From the NCBI GenBank assembly GCA_038238515.1, contig JBBRXQ010000001.1, positions 1-46,578 of the forward strand: 46,578 bases of DNA, read 5' to 3'. Positions 36,303-46,353 of the stretch are shown here, piece after piece. How positions within the stretch are numbered: position 1 is the stretch's first letter; each line of letters starts with the position of its first letter. The notes beneath the pieces were generated by a model, which worked only from the letters and a program-made list of their open reading frames with translations, had not been told where the DNA came from and ran no database searches. Both the position numbers and the translations under genes were made by a program. The DNA comes from Sphingomonadales bacterium (lineage in GTDB: Bacteria > Pseudomonadota > Alphaproteobacteria > Sphingomonadales > Sphingomonadaceae).

Positions 36303-36348
36303 GAACATTGTTCCAGCATTATACGTCACAAATGGTTCAGTCCAGAAC
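36303..36348 (-). promoter_or_regulatory. Putative parA promoter/operator
   Basis: Minus-strand TATAAT at 36318-36323, flanked by GAAC-ATT-GTTC and GTTC-N6-GAAC palindromes. Confidence 0.4.
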
Positions 36349-36502
36349 GTAAACGTCGCCCTCAAACAATTTTGTCTGTCCCGTCTTGGTCTGACGCGGA
36401 GGCGAAGCGCCGATCTGTCGGGCGCGCTCCCTCGAACGGTCCCGAATGCATTGACCCCTATATCATGTTGGGAAGCTGCGCACACGTGTGACCCGGATCG
36501 CA

Positions 36503-36988
36503 CTAGCCTGATCGCCGACTATCGCGATCAAAGCTAAATGCGTTTCTGCGCTCTGCTACTTTACGATCATTATCCGCGATCATCGCCCCGATGTGGCCTG
36601 CTATGATGTCGATCCCGCCATCGTTAATGGCAACCCGTTCGCACCCGTCACGGGCGGCAGCAAGGGTATCCGGAAGTTTGCGAATCAGATCAGAGACAAA
36701 GACAATGTCGGGGTCGTAGTAGCGGTTCCAATCTCGAAGATAGCCGATTGCGAAAAGCGCGCGCTGTATATCGATGTTAAGACACAGAAAAATGCGGTGA
36801 ACTGTCGCCGGTTCGATTTGAGATTTTCCGCTAAGGCTTCTGCTTAACTTACTCTTGGTTATGCCAGTTTGCCGAGAGAGCTCTGAAAAGCTGACGTTGC
36901 TTTGGCGCATTGCCGACCAGATCAGCGGAATGAACTCGCAGATTGCAAAGAACGAGCTTTGCGGCGCCTTGTCGTCTCGGTTATCCAC
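36503..36988 (-). CDS. XRE-type HTH transcriptional regulator
   Basis: VSFSELSRQTGITKSKLSRSLSG HTH; AGGAG RBS with GTG start. Confidence 0.75.
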   Translation of the reverse strand: MDNRDDKAPQSSFFAICEFIPLIWSAMRQSNVSFSELSRQTGITKSKLSRSLSGKSQIEPATVHRIFLCLNIDIQRALFAIGYLRDWNRYYDPDIVFVSDLIRKLPDTLAAARDGCERVAINDGGIDIIAGHIGAMIADNDRKVAERRNAFSFDRDSRRSG

Positions 36989-37061
36989 CGCCCCGCTCCT
37001 TGCCCCCCAGACGTCCGAAAAATCCCGAACTCACAAGCTAAGGTAAATATACACGGATCGC

Positions 37062-37439
37062 TTAAGCAAGCGTATTTTGCACCGAGTTTAACCAAAATGT
37101 CTCGATAATGGCGAAGATTGCAGCAGCCAAGGTTATTGTCCGGCCTAGTCTAATTTCCAGCAAGCTACGGAAATTCCGCAACTTAATCATGTCATCGTGG
37201 GAAAGCGCGACCCACAGCCGCGCGTGCCGTTCGGGCATCGCTTCAAACAGCACCACAGCCTGGGCGGCCTGCTCAAAGTTCAATTCATCGTCGGACCATC
37301 CTGCGAGCCAACCGCTTAGGCATTGACCAATGCCTTGTAGTTTCAGTAGCTTATTTGACTGGATCATCATGGCGAAGGTGACATGAGCGAATCCCATCCG
37401 GCTTAAATTTACAGATACTGTCGTAAGATTGCCTGCCAT
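37062..37439 (-). CDS. Hypothetical protein divergent from the tra operon
   Basis: GGGAGGGAG RBS before ATG 37439; lower GC; the ORF could extend to 37520. Confidence 0.55.
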   Translation of the reverse strand: MAGNLTTVSVNLSRMGFAHVTFAMMIQSNKLLKLQGIGQCLSGWLAGWSDDELNFEQAAQAVVLFEAMPERHARLWVALSHDDMIKLRNFRSLLEIRLGRTITLAAAIFAIIETFWLNSVQNTLA

Positions 37440-37747
37440 CAGCTCCCTCCCGAACGCGAGACCTTGCCGTATTTGCTCGCCGAGCGCGCGCTGTATCATT
37501 TGGTGCAACGCGCGTTCCACTATCTAATCCACGCGGTGCACGGCGTGCGACATCGTTTTCGCCGTCTGCAACATATGGTGCGGCAGATGATACAAGCGAT
37601 GCGCGCGCTGCAACAGAGAGGATCCGTTTGTTGCACGGCGCGCAAATTCGGCGACCGATTCGCTTGAAACGGTAGCGGCGAACATTCTTTTTTCAGAGCC
37701 TTGTTGCTGACGCTGCTTTTGGCGTCTTCATCGAAGGATCTCCAGTT

Positions 37748-38071
37748 ATGAAACTTGGACTACTCCCTTCGGCAGGGTCGATCTCGGCGCTGGGCAAAAT
37801 CGCGGCGATTGCCGCGGTGGCGACAGCGCTCGGGACCGAAGCGGCCTATGCCGGGGCCGACGCCACGTTCACCACCGCGCTGACCAAGTTCAGCGGCTTC
37901 CTGCAAGGTTCGGGCGGCAAGATCATCACCGTTCTCAGCCTTGCCGGAGGCATCGTCGGGCTTGCATCGGGGCGTTTCAGCCTTGGCCAAGTCGCGATCC
38001 CCGTTGGTGTCGGGGTTGGCGCCGGGACGGGTGTTCCGATCGTGACCGCAGCTGTGACCGGTACGATCTGA
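37748..38071 (+). CDS. traA: Conjugative pilin (TraA-like)
   Basis: Leader ending AAYA/G, two hydrophobic segments, first gene before traL. Confidence 0.75.
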   Translation: MKLGLLPSAGSISALGKIAAIAAVATALGTEAAYAGADATFTTALTKFSGFLQGSGGKIITVLSLAGGIVGLASGRFSLGQVAIPVGVGVGAGTGVPIVTAAVTGTI

Positions 38072-38129
38072 TCGGCTTCGCGGGCGCTGTCCAAAGCGCG
38101 CGCGATCACTTGGGGTGGCGGGGGCAACA

Positions 38130-38417
38130 ATGACTGACAAATATCTTATACCGCAGAGGCTCGACGACCCTGAGCTCATCGGGCTGTGGACCCTCGATGA
38201 GTTCATCGCGATGGTCGTACCGTTTGTGTGGGGGATTTTGTCGCAGCACATCGTGATCGGTATCGGTCTCGGTTTCTTGTGCTGGTGGGGTCTCAAGAAG
38301 GCAAAAGGAGGCCGCGCGGCATCTTGGCTGCTCCATGCGGCTTATTGGTATCTGCCAGCAAGCTTTGTGGGACTGCGCGCCACGCCACCCTCCTTTCTTC
38401 GTATCATGGCGGGGTAG
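38130..38417 (+). CDS. traL: F-type T4SS protein TraL
   Basis: YLIPQRLDDPELIGLWTLDE; LLHAAYWYLP. Confidence 0.9.
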   Translation: MTDKYLIPQRLDDPELIGLWTLDEFIAMVVPFVWGILSQHIVIGIGLGFLCWWGLKKAKGGRAASWLLHAAYWYLPASFVGLRATPPSFLRIMAG

Positions 38418-38423
38418 GCTCAC

Positions 38424-39008
38424 ATGGACCTTGGATATTCTCACGCGCGCTCGCAGCGCGTTCTGAAGCAGCGCAACATCCTGATGGGCTTGGCCCTTGG
38501 ACTTATCGCGCTTTGCGCAATGCTTGCGGTGGCTGCCGCTTCGCGCGACCGGGAGGTCATTCTGCAGCCTGTTCTGCGCTCACCGCTTACGCTGTCGAGC
38601 TCAGGCGTCAGCCGGGACTATCTTGAGGCCGTGACGCGCGATGCAGCGGTGCTGACGCTCAACCGCACACCGCAAAGCCTCGACTACTGGATGAAGTCGG
38701 TGCTCGACATTACTGATCCGCGCGCTTTCGGCGCGGTTAAAGCCGATCTGCTCAAGATCGTAGAGGACCAGCGCGGGTCGTCGATCGCCCAGTATTTTAC
38801 GATGGAATCGATCAAAGTCGATCCGGCCGCGCTGACGTCCGACGTGACAGGCACGCTCCATACGATGGTCGGCCGCGAAGAGGTCTCAGCCGCGCCCAAG
38901 CTGTTTCATTATGGCTGGTCGTACAACGGCGTTTCGCTGAAGCTTCTTCAGTTCGGGCTGGTGGTCAAGGACCCGCAAAAACTAACCAGTGATGCGGGGG
39001 AACTATGA
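38424..39008 (+). CDS. traE: F-type T4SS protein TraE
   Basis: QRN + TM; VILQP; VSRDYLE; LNRTP; gene order. Confidence 0.88.
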   Translation: MDLGYSHARSQRVLKQRNILMGLALGLIALCAMLAVAAASRDREVILQPVLRSPLTLSSSGVSRDYLEAVTRDAAVLTLNRTPQSLDYWMKSVLDITDPRAFGAVKADLLKIVEDQRGSSIAQYFTMESIKVDPAALTSDVTGTLHTMVGREEVSAAPKLFHYGWSYNGVSLKLLQFGLVVKDPQKLTSDAGEL

Positions 39009-39820
39009 TGGCGCAAGGACTGTGCGCGGCGGGCATCGCCGCAGGGTCTGTGCTGATGACGCGCTTTGACGCTGGCACTAGGCTGGTCGGCTCGATCATG
39101 CTCTCAGGCTCGCTGCTGGCAACAACCACACCGGCCTATGCCGATCAAACCCTGATGGCGTCCGACAACGCGCGGATCGACTGCGTTGCAAGTTCGCGTG
39201 ACCTTACCCGCATCAACCTCGTTGGCGACGAGATCGCCAGCGTCTCCAAGCTCCAGACCGGCAACGCAGCCGAAGACTTTAGCGTCGTCAACGAGCCGGT
39301 GCGCGGCGATATCTACGTTTCGGTACCCGAAGGCTTCACGCCCAAAACGCTGTCGTTTTTTGCCACCTCCAAAAAGGGCTACGTTTACAAATTTGCTTGC
39401 CGGCTCGAAGGTAGCGAGGCGCAGCAGGTATTTGTCGCCAATCCGGCGATTGCGGGCGACAAGCCCGATGAAACGCGCATGGCGGCGGCCCCGGTCTCGC
39501 CTGAGGACCAAGCGGTGAAGCTGGTTCAGGCGATGTATGCAAGCGCCATCCCTGACGGCTACCGAATGCGGCAGCCGGTCCGCAATGCGGTGCGCGTCGG
39601 CGATCTCAAGGTTCAGGAGATCGCCGAGTATAGGGGCGCCGCGCTGACAGGGCAGGTCCTTCGGATCGAGAACAAGGGATCACGGCCCGCTATCCTGAGC
39701 GACAATGTAATCGCCCCGTCTGACGCGGTTGCAGTGACCGTAGCGGAGCCGGCGCTCGCCCCCGGAGCGATCACTACCGCCTACATTGTTCGGCGCGGCC
39801 CTAACGGAGATCAGCCATGA
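39005..39820 (+). CDS. traK: F-type T4SS secretin-like TraK
   Basis: SSRDLTRI.L.GD.I; GDIYV; SFFATS.KGY.Y; gene order. Confidence 0.85.
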   Translation: MMAQGLCAAGIAAGSVLMTRFDAGTRLVGSIMLSGSLLATTTPAYADQTLMASDNARIDCVASSRDLTRINLVGDEIASVSKLQTGNAAEDFSVVNEPVRGDIYVSVPEGFTPKTLSFFATSKKGYVYKFACRLEGSEAQQVFVANPAIAGDKPDETRMAAAPVSPEDQAVKLVQAMYASAIPDGYRMRQPVRNAVRVGDLKVQEIAEYRGAALTGQVLRIENKGSRPAILSDNVIAPSDAVAVTVAEPALAPGAITTAYIVRRGPNGDQP

Positions 39821-41196
39821 ATATCAGAGATGTGCTGGGCCGCAGCCCGGCTCGCGGCGCGGCGCCTTCAGGTTCGCCAGCAGGGGAGGATAGCCTGTCC
39901 ACCGTCGGCAGCGCGATGGCCGTCAACGACACAGCGCGCAAGAAGCAGCAGATGCTGCTCGCAGGCGGCGCTGGGCTTGCGCTGCTCGGCGCAAGTTACT
40001 GGATTTTCTCGGGCGATAGCGACCAGGGCGCTGCGGCGGGATCTCTGGCTGCGGCCAGCGACAAGCCGATCCAGGTCTCGACCAGCGATATGGTCAATCG
40101 CAACATGAGCGAACAGGAGTGGATGGCGCGCTCTGAAAACCGCTTTCAGTCGGCCGACAACAAGCTGAGGGCCGTCGACGGCCAGGCAGCACAGATCGCC
40201 CAGCTCCAGAAGGAACTGGATGCGGTCAAAGGCCAGAACACCGCGATGGCGAGCGACGGGCAGCGCGTGCTGTCGGCGTACCAATCCGAGAACGAACAGC
40301 TCAAGGCGCGGGTTGCAGCGGAGCAGAGCGCGCCGATGCCCCGTGCAGGTCCTAGCGCCCTCTATGGCGCAGGGTCTGCACCCACGTATCAATCAGCAGA
40401 GCAGTCGGCGGCCCAGTCATCGGGGGCCGGACCGGTTTTGCCTGCGGTGGCTGCTGCAATGCTGCGTGAGGTCAAAACGGTGTCGTTCACGTCTGGGGGC
40501 GGGGCAGGGGGCAATGCGACACGCGCCGAACGCGGGACCACGGTCTATTCGGATTCGCCGGATTACTTACCCGCCAACAGCTTTGCGACCGCGCGGGTTA
40601 TCGTCGGCGTCGATGCAAGCGCAGGCGTCAACTCGCAAACCGATCCGCTGCCTGTGGTGCTGCGCATAACGGGTCCAGCGCGCTCGGTCGCAGACAATGG
40701 GCGGGTGCTTACGACCAAGCTGCAGGGTTGCCTGGTCAACGGAGCAGCGCGCGGCGATCTTTCGGCTGAGAAGGTCTATGTCAAGCTCCAGAAGATGACC
40801 TGCGCGCAGCCGGGCGGGCGCTATGCCGTCAGTGAAGTGCGCGGCTTCATCGCGTTTGCGGGCAAGTCGGGCGTGCGCGGGCGGGTCGTCAGCCGCGAGG
40901 GATCGCTGGTGACGCAGGCGTTCTTTGCAGGGATTGCCGGCGGCATCGGGCGAGGCTTCTCGGCCAATACCAATTCAGCGCTCACCGGGGCCAATGTGAC
41001 GGTGGGCGGCCAGCGCCAGCAGCTCGGCGCCGGGGCGCTCGCGGCGGGCGGTCTGGGCGAGGGCGTTTCGACCGCCGCCGATACCGTCTCCAAATATCTG
41101 ATCGAACGCGCCGAGCAATATCAGCCGGTGATCGAGATGCCGACCGGCATCGATGTCGAGATCGTGTTTCTTGACGGCACTTATGTCCGCAACTGA
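39817..41196 (+). CDS. traB: F-type T4SS TraB (VirB10-like)
   Basis: TM plus coiled coil; YLPANSF..A.VIVGVDA; GDLSAEKVY; GKSGVRGRVVSR; YLI.RAEQYQPVIE. Confidence 0.92.
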   Translation: MNIRDVLGRSPARGAAPSGSPAGEDSLSTVGSAMAVNDTARKKQQMLLAGGAGLALLGASYWIFSGDSDQGAAAGSLAAASDKPIQVSTSDMVNRNMSEQEWMARSENRFQSADNKLRAVDGQAAQIAQLQKELDAVKGQNTAMASDGQRVLSAYQSENEQLKARVAAEQSAPMPRAGPSALYGAGSAPTYQSAEQSAAQSSGAGPVLPAVAAAMLREVKTVSFTSGGGAGGNATRAERGTTVYSDSPDYLPANSFATARVIVGVDASAGVNSQTDPLPVVLRITGPARSVADNGRVLTTKLQGCLVNGAARGDLSAEKVYVKLQKMTCAQPGGRYAVSEVRGFIAFAGKSGVRGRVVSREGSLVTQAFFAGIAGGIGRGFSANTNSALTGANVTVGGQRQQLGAGALAAGGLGEGVSTAADTVSKYLIERAEQYQPVIEMPTGIDVEIVFLDGTYVRN

Positions 41197-41209
41197 GGGG
41201 TATCTCGTG

Positions 41210-42151
41210 ATGTCATCGCATCTGTTGCTCACAGCCAGTCTGGGCGCAGCGGTCGCGGCAGCGGCGCTGGCGCTCAAGGCTTGGCACCGCCGGGCCGAGC
41301 GGCGGACGCCGGTCTGGTTCGCACTCACCGCCGTGCTGGCGACGTTTGGTTTTGCTGCGGCAGGATATGCGGCAGCAGAGCCCTCAGGCGCGTCTGTGCT
41401 TGCCGCGCTGAAGACCAGGCTACCCAAGACTGCGGTTTCTAAGATCGATTGCGAGCGGATCGGCTCGCTGTGCGAAGTCGTGGCAGGAGGCAACCTGTTC
41501 TATGTCGATCACAGCGCGCGCTACCTTATCGTCGGCCGGGTCTATGACATAGAGACGCGCCAGGATCTGACATCGGCGCGGCTGCTCGAGCTCGATCCTG
41601 ACCGCATGATTGGCGGGGCGGTTGCCGCGCAGCGGCATGCCGATGCGGGCGAGGCGGCCAAGGTCAGCGCCGATTATCCGATCCGTCCCGCGTCCCAGTT
41701 AGGGAAGGGGGGGCAGGCAGGGCAGGGGGGTCTGAGCCAAGTGTCGCTAGCGGCGCTGCCGCGTGATGGCGCGATTACTTGGGGCCGCGGTTCGCGAGGT
41801 GTCACGATCTTTACAGATTTTCGCTGCACCTATTGCCGTGCGCTGGTGAACGCGCTCGGCCAAATGGACGTGCGCGTCACCGAACGGCCCATCTCAGTAC
41901 TCGGATCACGCGATATCGCCAACCGGGTCTATTGCGCCAAGGATCCGGCGCGTGCGGCCAAGGCCGCCTACGCGGGTGAGCCGCTCGCGGACGCCAAGTG
42001 CGACACCAGCGGACTTGATGCCAACGAGCGCTTTGCCCGCGCGCGGGGGTTCTCGGGCACGCCGGTCATCGTGCGCGGCGATGGCGCGGTCATCGAAGGC
42101 TATCGCCCGCGCGAGTTCCTCGAAACCTGGTTGAAAGGAGGACGCCCATGA
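41210..42151 (+). CDS. dsbC: DsbC-family thiol:disulfide isomerase of the tra locus
   Basis: NLFYVD.SARYL.VGR.YD; IFTDFRCTYC; GFSGTPVIV..DG. Confidence 0.85.
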   Translation: MSSHLLLTASLGAAVAAAALALKAWHRRAERRTPVWFALTAVLATFGFAAAGYAAAEPSGASVLAALKTRLPKTAVSKIDCERIGSLCEVVAGGNLFYVDHSARYLIVGRVYDIETRQDLTSARLLELDPDRMIGGAVAAQRHADAGEAAKVSADYPIRPASQLGKGGQAGQGGLSQVSLAALPRDGAITWGRGSRGVTIFTDFRCTYCRALVNALGQMDVRVTERPISVLGSRDIANRVYCAKDPARAAKAAYAGEPLADAKCDTSGLDANERFARARGFSGTPVIVRGDGAVIEGYRPREFLETWLKGGRP

Positions 42152-43428
42152 ACGAGCACGCCAACACCCCGCCAATTCCGCACGGGCCCGTCGCAGGCGG
42201 TGCAGCTGACTATGACAGCGTGCTTACCTCGCCCGAGATGGCGGCGCTCAATGCGCGGCTTGCGGCGCTGACCAGTGGCCGCGTTGCGGTCGGTCCGGAC
42301 CCCGTTACGCGGCGCCAGGCCCGCGCCTTATGGCACGCGGCTCAAACGTTTACCGCCGCACCGGCCAATCGGCCAGTGCACGGCTTACCTCCCGGCCGCA
42401 GTGCCAAGGTTGGGCTACCTGATACCAGGCTTTCAAGCTCTGGGCGCGGGTTGGCTGCGTTGATGTTGTCGGCCGCTACGATATCAGGATGCACAACGTT
42501 TGGCGGCAACGTCAAAGGCGGGTTCGCCTGCCGCGCGCCCGATGGCATTTGCGCGCCCACCTCGAAGATCGACGATCAGGCGCTGGCGATGATCAGCGGG
42601 GGTGACGACGACCGAGTGCCTACGGGAATGGCGGGTCCCGGCACGCATGATGATCCTCGCTTCACGCCCACATCATCACGCCTGACGCGAACGAGCGAGA
42701 AAGTGCTGCGCATCGTGTTTCCGGCGCATGTTGACCGGCAGGGTCGCTTCCGCGAGGCCAGCGCCATTCATGCGGTCGTCGAACGCTCGGCGTGGGCCGG
42801 CCCAAGATACGAAGCCGCCTACAGCACGGCGGGGCAGGCGAGCGGCAACAGCTATGGTGCAGGCACCCGGTTTGCGACCGCAGGCGAAGAACCGAGCCTT
42901 GCCGAGATGGCGGCGGCATCTCCCGAGGTGGCATTTCCTGCCGGCGCACCCGAACCAGCGCCAGAATCTTTGGCAGAGACCACTGTTGGCCCCGCTGCGG
43001 CGGTTGCCGATCCCGGCGCGCCTAGCGCCGCTGCGGTCATGGCAGCGCGCCATAAAGGCCATGCGGCAAAAGTCGGGACCCTGAGAGTTCCACCCTCATT
43101 GTTCGCGCACCAGCACAAGCACGGTGCGCCCGGATCGCCTACCTCCACCGCGCTCGCCGGCCCAGCGCCCAAGGCTGCACTGGCGCACCCAGCGAGCGAG
43201 ACGTCCCCGCCTTCTGCCGCGCTGCCGTCGTCCGCACCTGCGGCGCATGGGAAAGCCGCGCCTTCAGCTTCGCCGTTGCAGTCGATCCGCGATCAGGTGG
43301 GCACTATCTTTGCAGGCCATGCATTGGCGAAGCCTGCCGGCAACGCTGCAACTGCAACTGGACCTTCAGCAGCCGAGCACCCGGCCAACGGCCCGGCCGT
43401 GCTTCCAGTCTCTGAGGCCAGCCAATGA
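42148..43428 (+). CDS. traV: TraV lipoprotein with Pro/Ala-rich extension (true start uncertain)
   Basis: Lipobox ISGC; FACRAPDGICAP; RTSEKVLRIVFPAHVD..G..RE. Confidence 0.75.
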   Translation: MNEHANTPPIPHGPVAGGAADYDSVLTSPEMAALNARLAALTSGRVAVGPDPVTRRQARALWHAAQTFTAAPANRPVHGLPPGRSAKVGLPDTRLSSSGRGLAALMLSAATISGCTTFGGNVKGGFACRAPDGICAPTSKIDDQALAMISGGDDDRVPTGMAGPGTHDDPRFTPTSSRLTRTSEKVLRIVFPAHVDRQGRFREASAIHAVVERSAWAGPRYEAAYSTAGQASGNSYGAGTRFATAGEEPSLAEMAAASPEVAFPAGAPEPAPESLAETTVGPAAAVADPGAPSAAAVMAARHKGHAAKVGTLRVPPSLFAHQHKHGAPGSPTSTALAGPAPKAALAHPASETSPPSAALPSSAPAAHGKAAPSASPLQSIRDQVGTIFAGHALAKPAGNAATATGPSAAEHPANGPAVLPVSEASQ

Positions 43429-46007
43429 TCGACAAGCTCTTCTCGATCTTCGATGGGATGATGGGCAGTGCGGGCAGGGCCGATGCCGCGCGGCCCGATG
43501 CCTCGGTGCCGATGCTTTCGCACTGGTTGCCCTATCGCAGCTACGATGCGGCAACGCAGATTTTTCACAACTCCGGCGCGCGCGAGATGGCGCTCGAGGT
43601 CTCGCCGCTGGTCGGCGCCGACGAGCGCACCGGTGATATCCTGACGCAGTTTTTTTCCGAAGGAATGCCCGCAGGCAGCTGCGTTGGGATCGTCAATGTC
43701 GCGACCTCGCGGATCGGCGCCAAGCTCGCTGAGTGGTTTGTGCCGCGCTATTCGGCAAGGGGCGTCTATGAGCGCATGGCCAAGCACCGCACTGACTACC
43801 TGTCGGACGGGGTGTGGGCATCGATGTCGGCCGATGCGCCATTTCACTTGCGCAGCTTCCGTTTGTTTGTCTCGATCGGGATCCCTGACGGCTCGGCGGT
43901 GACCGACGAAGAGCTGATCGCGATCCGCGACAGCCTGCGCTCGGCGCTGCTTTCGATCGAGGTGCCATCACGCCCGCTCGATCCGGTCGCGCTCTTGGCG
44001 TTGATCGATGACGTAACCTCGCCCACGACCGCGGCGGGCGATGATCCGGTCAGTTACAACGCGTTCGATCCGATCGCGGACCAGGCGGTGCGCCGCGATA
44101 TGGAATTGGTTCACCGTCCCCACGCGATCGAGATCAAGACCGAGCGCCTGCGCGCAACCGGTGTCGACAAGGACGGCGTGCCTGAGATTGGCGAGATGTA
44201 CCCGGATACCTTCGAGCTGCGCTGCTATTCCCCGCGCAACCTGCCGCCGCGCTGGGCGCCGTGGGACAATATGCGGCTCATCGGGGATATGTTTACCGAC
44301 AAACTGCGCTTGCCATGCCCGGTGGTGACGTCGCTGAGCCTCGTCTTCCCGGACGAAAACGCGTCGTCGAACAAGGCCGCTTTCAAGTTCATGCGGACCT
44401 CGAGCCTTGCCGATTCGAGCTCGGCGCGGTTCCTGCCGCAGCTGAAGGATCAGCGGCGGGAGTGGGAATATGTGACCGAAGCGCTGCGCATGGGCAACAA
44501 GCTGGTGCGCGCGTTCTATTGCATCACCGCGTTCAGCCCGAAGGGCAAAGCCGACACCAACGAGCGCATCATCAAGTCGATGTACAAGGCTTGCGGGTGG
44601 GACCTCCACTCCGAGCGGCACATGCAGATGATGGGGTTCCTGACCTGCCTGCCGATGACGCTTGGCTCGGGGCTGGGCAAAGACCTCGAGCGCATGAAGC
44701 GGATGCGCACGTACATGACCTCGACCGCAGCCAATCTCGCGCCGATACAGGGCGAATATCGCGGCTCGAATATCCCGCACCTGCTGCTGGTTGGCCGGCG
44801 CGGTGAGCCATTCTTCTGGTCGCCGTTTGAGAATATGGCGGGCAACCACAATGTCTGTGTGTTCGGCAAGTCGGGTTCGGGCAAGTCGGTGGCACTGCAG
44901 GAGCTCAACGCTGCACTGTGCGGCGCGGGCGCGCATGTCATCGTGATCGATGATGGCCGCAGCTTCGAGCACTCGGCCAAATTACAGGGCGGCGCATTTG
45001 TCGAATTCACGCTCGCTAGCGGCTTTTGCATCAACCCGTTCTCGATGATCGATGCCGATGCGGCGGCCAATGATGATGACTACCGGCTCGATTGTCTCGC
45101 GATGCTCAAGGCGATGGTCAGCCAGATGGCGCGCCACGTCGACCGGCTCAACGATACAGAACGCGGGCTGATCGACGGCGTCGTCAATTCTGTTTGGAAT
45201 GAGAAGGGCAGGGAGGGCTGCGCCGACGACGTGATTGCAGCTCTGCTTGCACAGGACAATGACTTGTCGCGCAGCCTGGCGACCTCGATGCGGCCGTTCT
45301 CGACGGCGGGCACATATGGCCAGTTCTTCAGCGGCGAGGCGACCTTCAAGCTCAACGCCGACCTCACGGTGTTCGAGCTTTCCGACTTGTCGAGCCGTGA
45401 GGAGCTGCGCGCGGTTGTCCTCACGGCAATCATGTTCATGTCCACCCAGGCGATGCGCAAGTTGCCGCGGGCCCGCGCCAAGGCGCTGATCATGGATGAG
45501 GCATGGCAGATGCTCAAAGGCGGCTCGATGGCCGACTTTGTCGAGAGCTACGCGCGCACCTGCCGCAAATACGGTGCCTCGCTCATCACCGCCACCCAGT
45601 CGCTCAACGACTACTACAAGTCGCCCGGTTCGATCGCCGCGCTCGAGAACAGCGACTGGTTCGTGGTCCTCCAGCAGAAGCCTGAATCGATCTCGGATTT
45701 CATGAAGCACGACCGGCTCGATATGTCGCCCGCGACCGAGACGCTGATGCGCAGCCTGAAGCGCAACGGCACCGAATATTCGGATCTGATGATCATGGGC
45801 CCTGAAACACTGGCGATCGGGCGGCTCGTGCTCGATCCCTATTCAGCGACGCTCTATTCGTCTTCGCCGCAGGTGTTCAGCAAAGTCCAGGCGCAGCTTG
45901 CAACCGGGTTGCCTATGGAAATGGCGATCGAGCGCGTCGCTTTCCCCGGCGATCCATCCAAGTGGAGCCACGCCGGCGAAGCGCCGCTGGCGCAGGCGGC
46001 AGAGTGA
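43425..46007 (+). CDS. traC: F-type T4SS ATPase TraC (VirB4-like)
   Basis: LPYRSYD; GNHNVCVFGKSGSGKS; IDDGRS; IMDEAWQML; RKYGASLITATQS. Confidence 0.95.
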   Translation: MIDKLFSIFDGMMGSAGRADAARPDASVPMLSHWLPYRSYDAATQIFHNSGAREMALEVSPLVGADERTGDILTQFFSEGMPAGSCVGIVNVATSRIGAKLAEWFVPRYSARGVYERMAKHRTDYLSDGVWASMSADAPFHLRSFRLFVSIGIPDGSAVTDEELIAIRDSLRSALLSIEVPSRPLDPVALLALIDDVTSPTTAAGDDPVSYNAFDPIADQAVRRDMELVHRPHAIEIKTERLRATGVDKDGVPEIGEMYPDTFELRCYSPRNLPPRWAPWDNMRLIGDMFTDKLRLPCPVVTSLSLVFPDENASSNKAAFKFMRTSSLADSSSARFLPQLKDQRREWEYVTEALRMGNKLVRAFYCITAFSPKGKADTNERIIKSMYKACGWDLHSERHMQMMGFLTCLPMTLGSGLGKDLERMKRMRTYMTSTAANLAPIQGEYRGSNIPHLLLVGRRGEPFFWSPFENMAGNHNVCVFGKSGSGKSVALQELNAALCGAGAHVIVIDDGRSFEHSAKLQGGAFVEFTLASGFCINPFSMIDADAAANDDDYRLDCLAMLKAMVSQMARHVDRLNDTERGLIDGVVNSVWNEKGREGCADDVIAALLAQDNDLSRSLATSMRPFSTAGTYGQFFSGEATFKLNADLTVFELSDLSSREELRAVVLTAIMFMSTQAMRKLPRARAKALIMDEAWQMLKGGSMADFVESYARTCRKYGASLITATQSLNDYYKSPGSIAALENSDWFVVLQQKPESISDFMKHDRLDMSPATETLMRSLKRNGTEYSDLMIMGPETLAIGRLVLDPYSATLYSSSPQVFSKVQAQLATGLPMEMAIERVAFPGDPSKWSHAGEAPLAQAAE

Positions 46008-46351
46008 GCGTGCCCCTGCTTCTGCGCTGGTTCGATGCGCGGCCAGACACTGGCCCAGACGCAGGCAAGCTGATCGAGGTCAGTTTTCGCCTGCTGGGCT
46101 GGCTGGCGGTTTCGTTGCTGGCGGCAGCGGGGTTGTTCGTCGCCGTGTTCGCTGCGTTCGGCAATTTCACGCTCGATGGCTTCTTTCTCCATCTTGCCAA
46201 TATTGCGAACCGGTATGGTTCAGCAGATGCGGCGCGGCGGGCGGCTTTTGGTGAGACGCTGCTGCTTGTTGGCGGGGCGGTGCTCGGCGCGGCGATGTTT
46301 CTGCGCCGCGCCAGCTTGGTCCAGATCTTTGTAAAGCGCGAAAAGGACTGA
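46004..46351 (+). CDS. Small membrane protein in the tra operon
   Basis: GTG overlapping the traC stop; two hydrophobic segments. Confidence 0.65.
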   Translation: MSVPLLLRWFDARPDTGPDAGKLIEVSFRLLGWLAVSLLAAAGLFVAVFAAFGNFTLDGFFLHLANIANRYGSADAARRAAFGETLLLVGGAVLGAAMFLRRASLVQIFVKREKD

Positions 46352-46353
46352 AC

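Noticed and set aside
36303-36348. LexA box upstream of parA
   Set aside because: GAAC/GTTC half-sites are inverted with 3 or 6 nt spacing, not the direct GTTC-N7-GTTC
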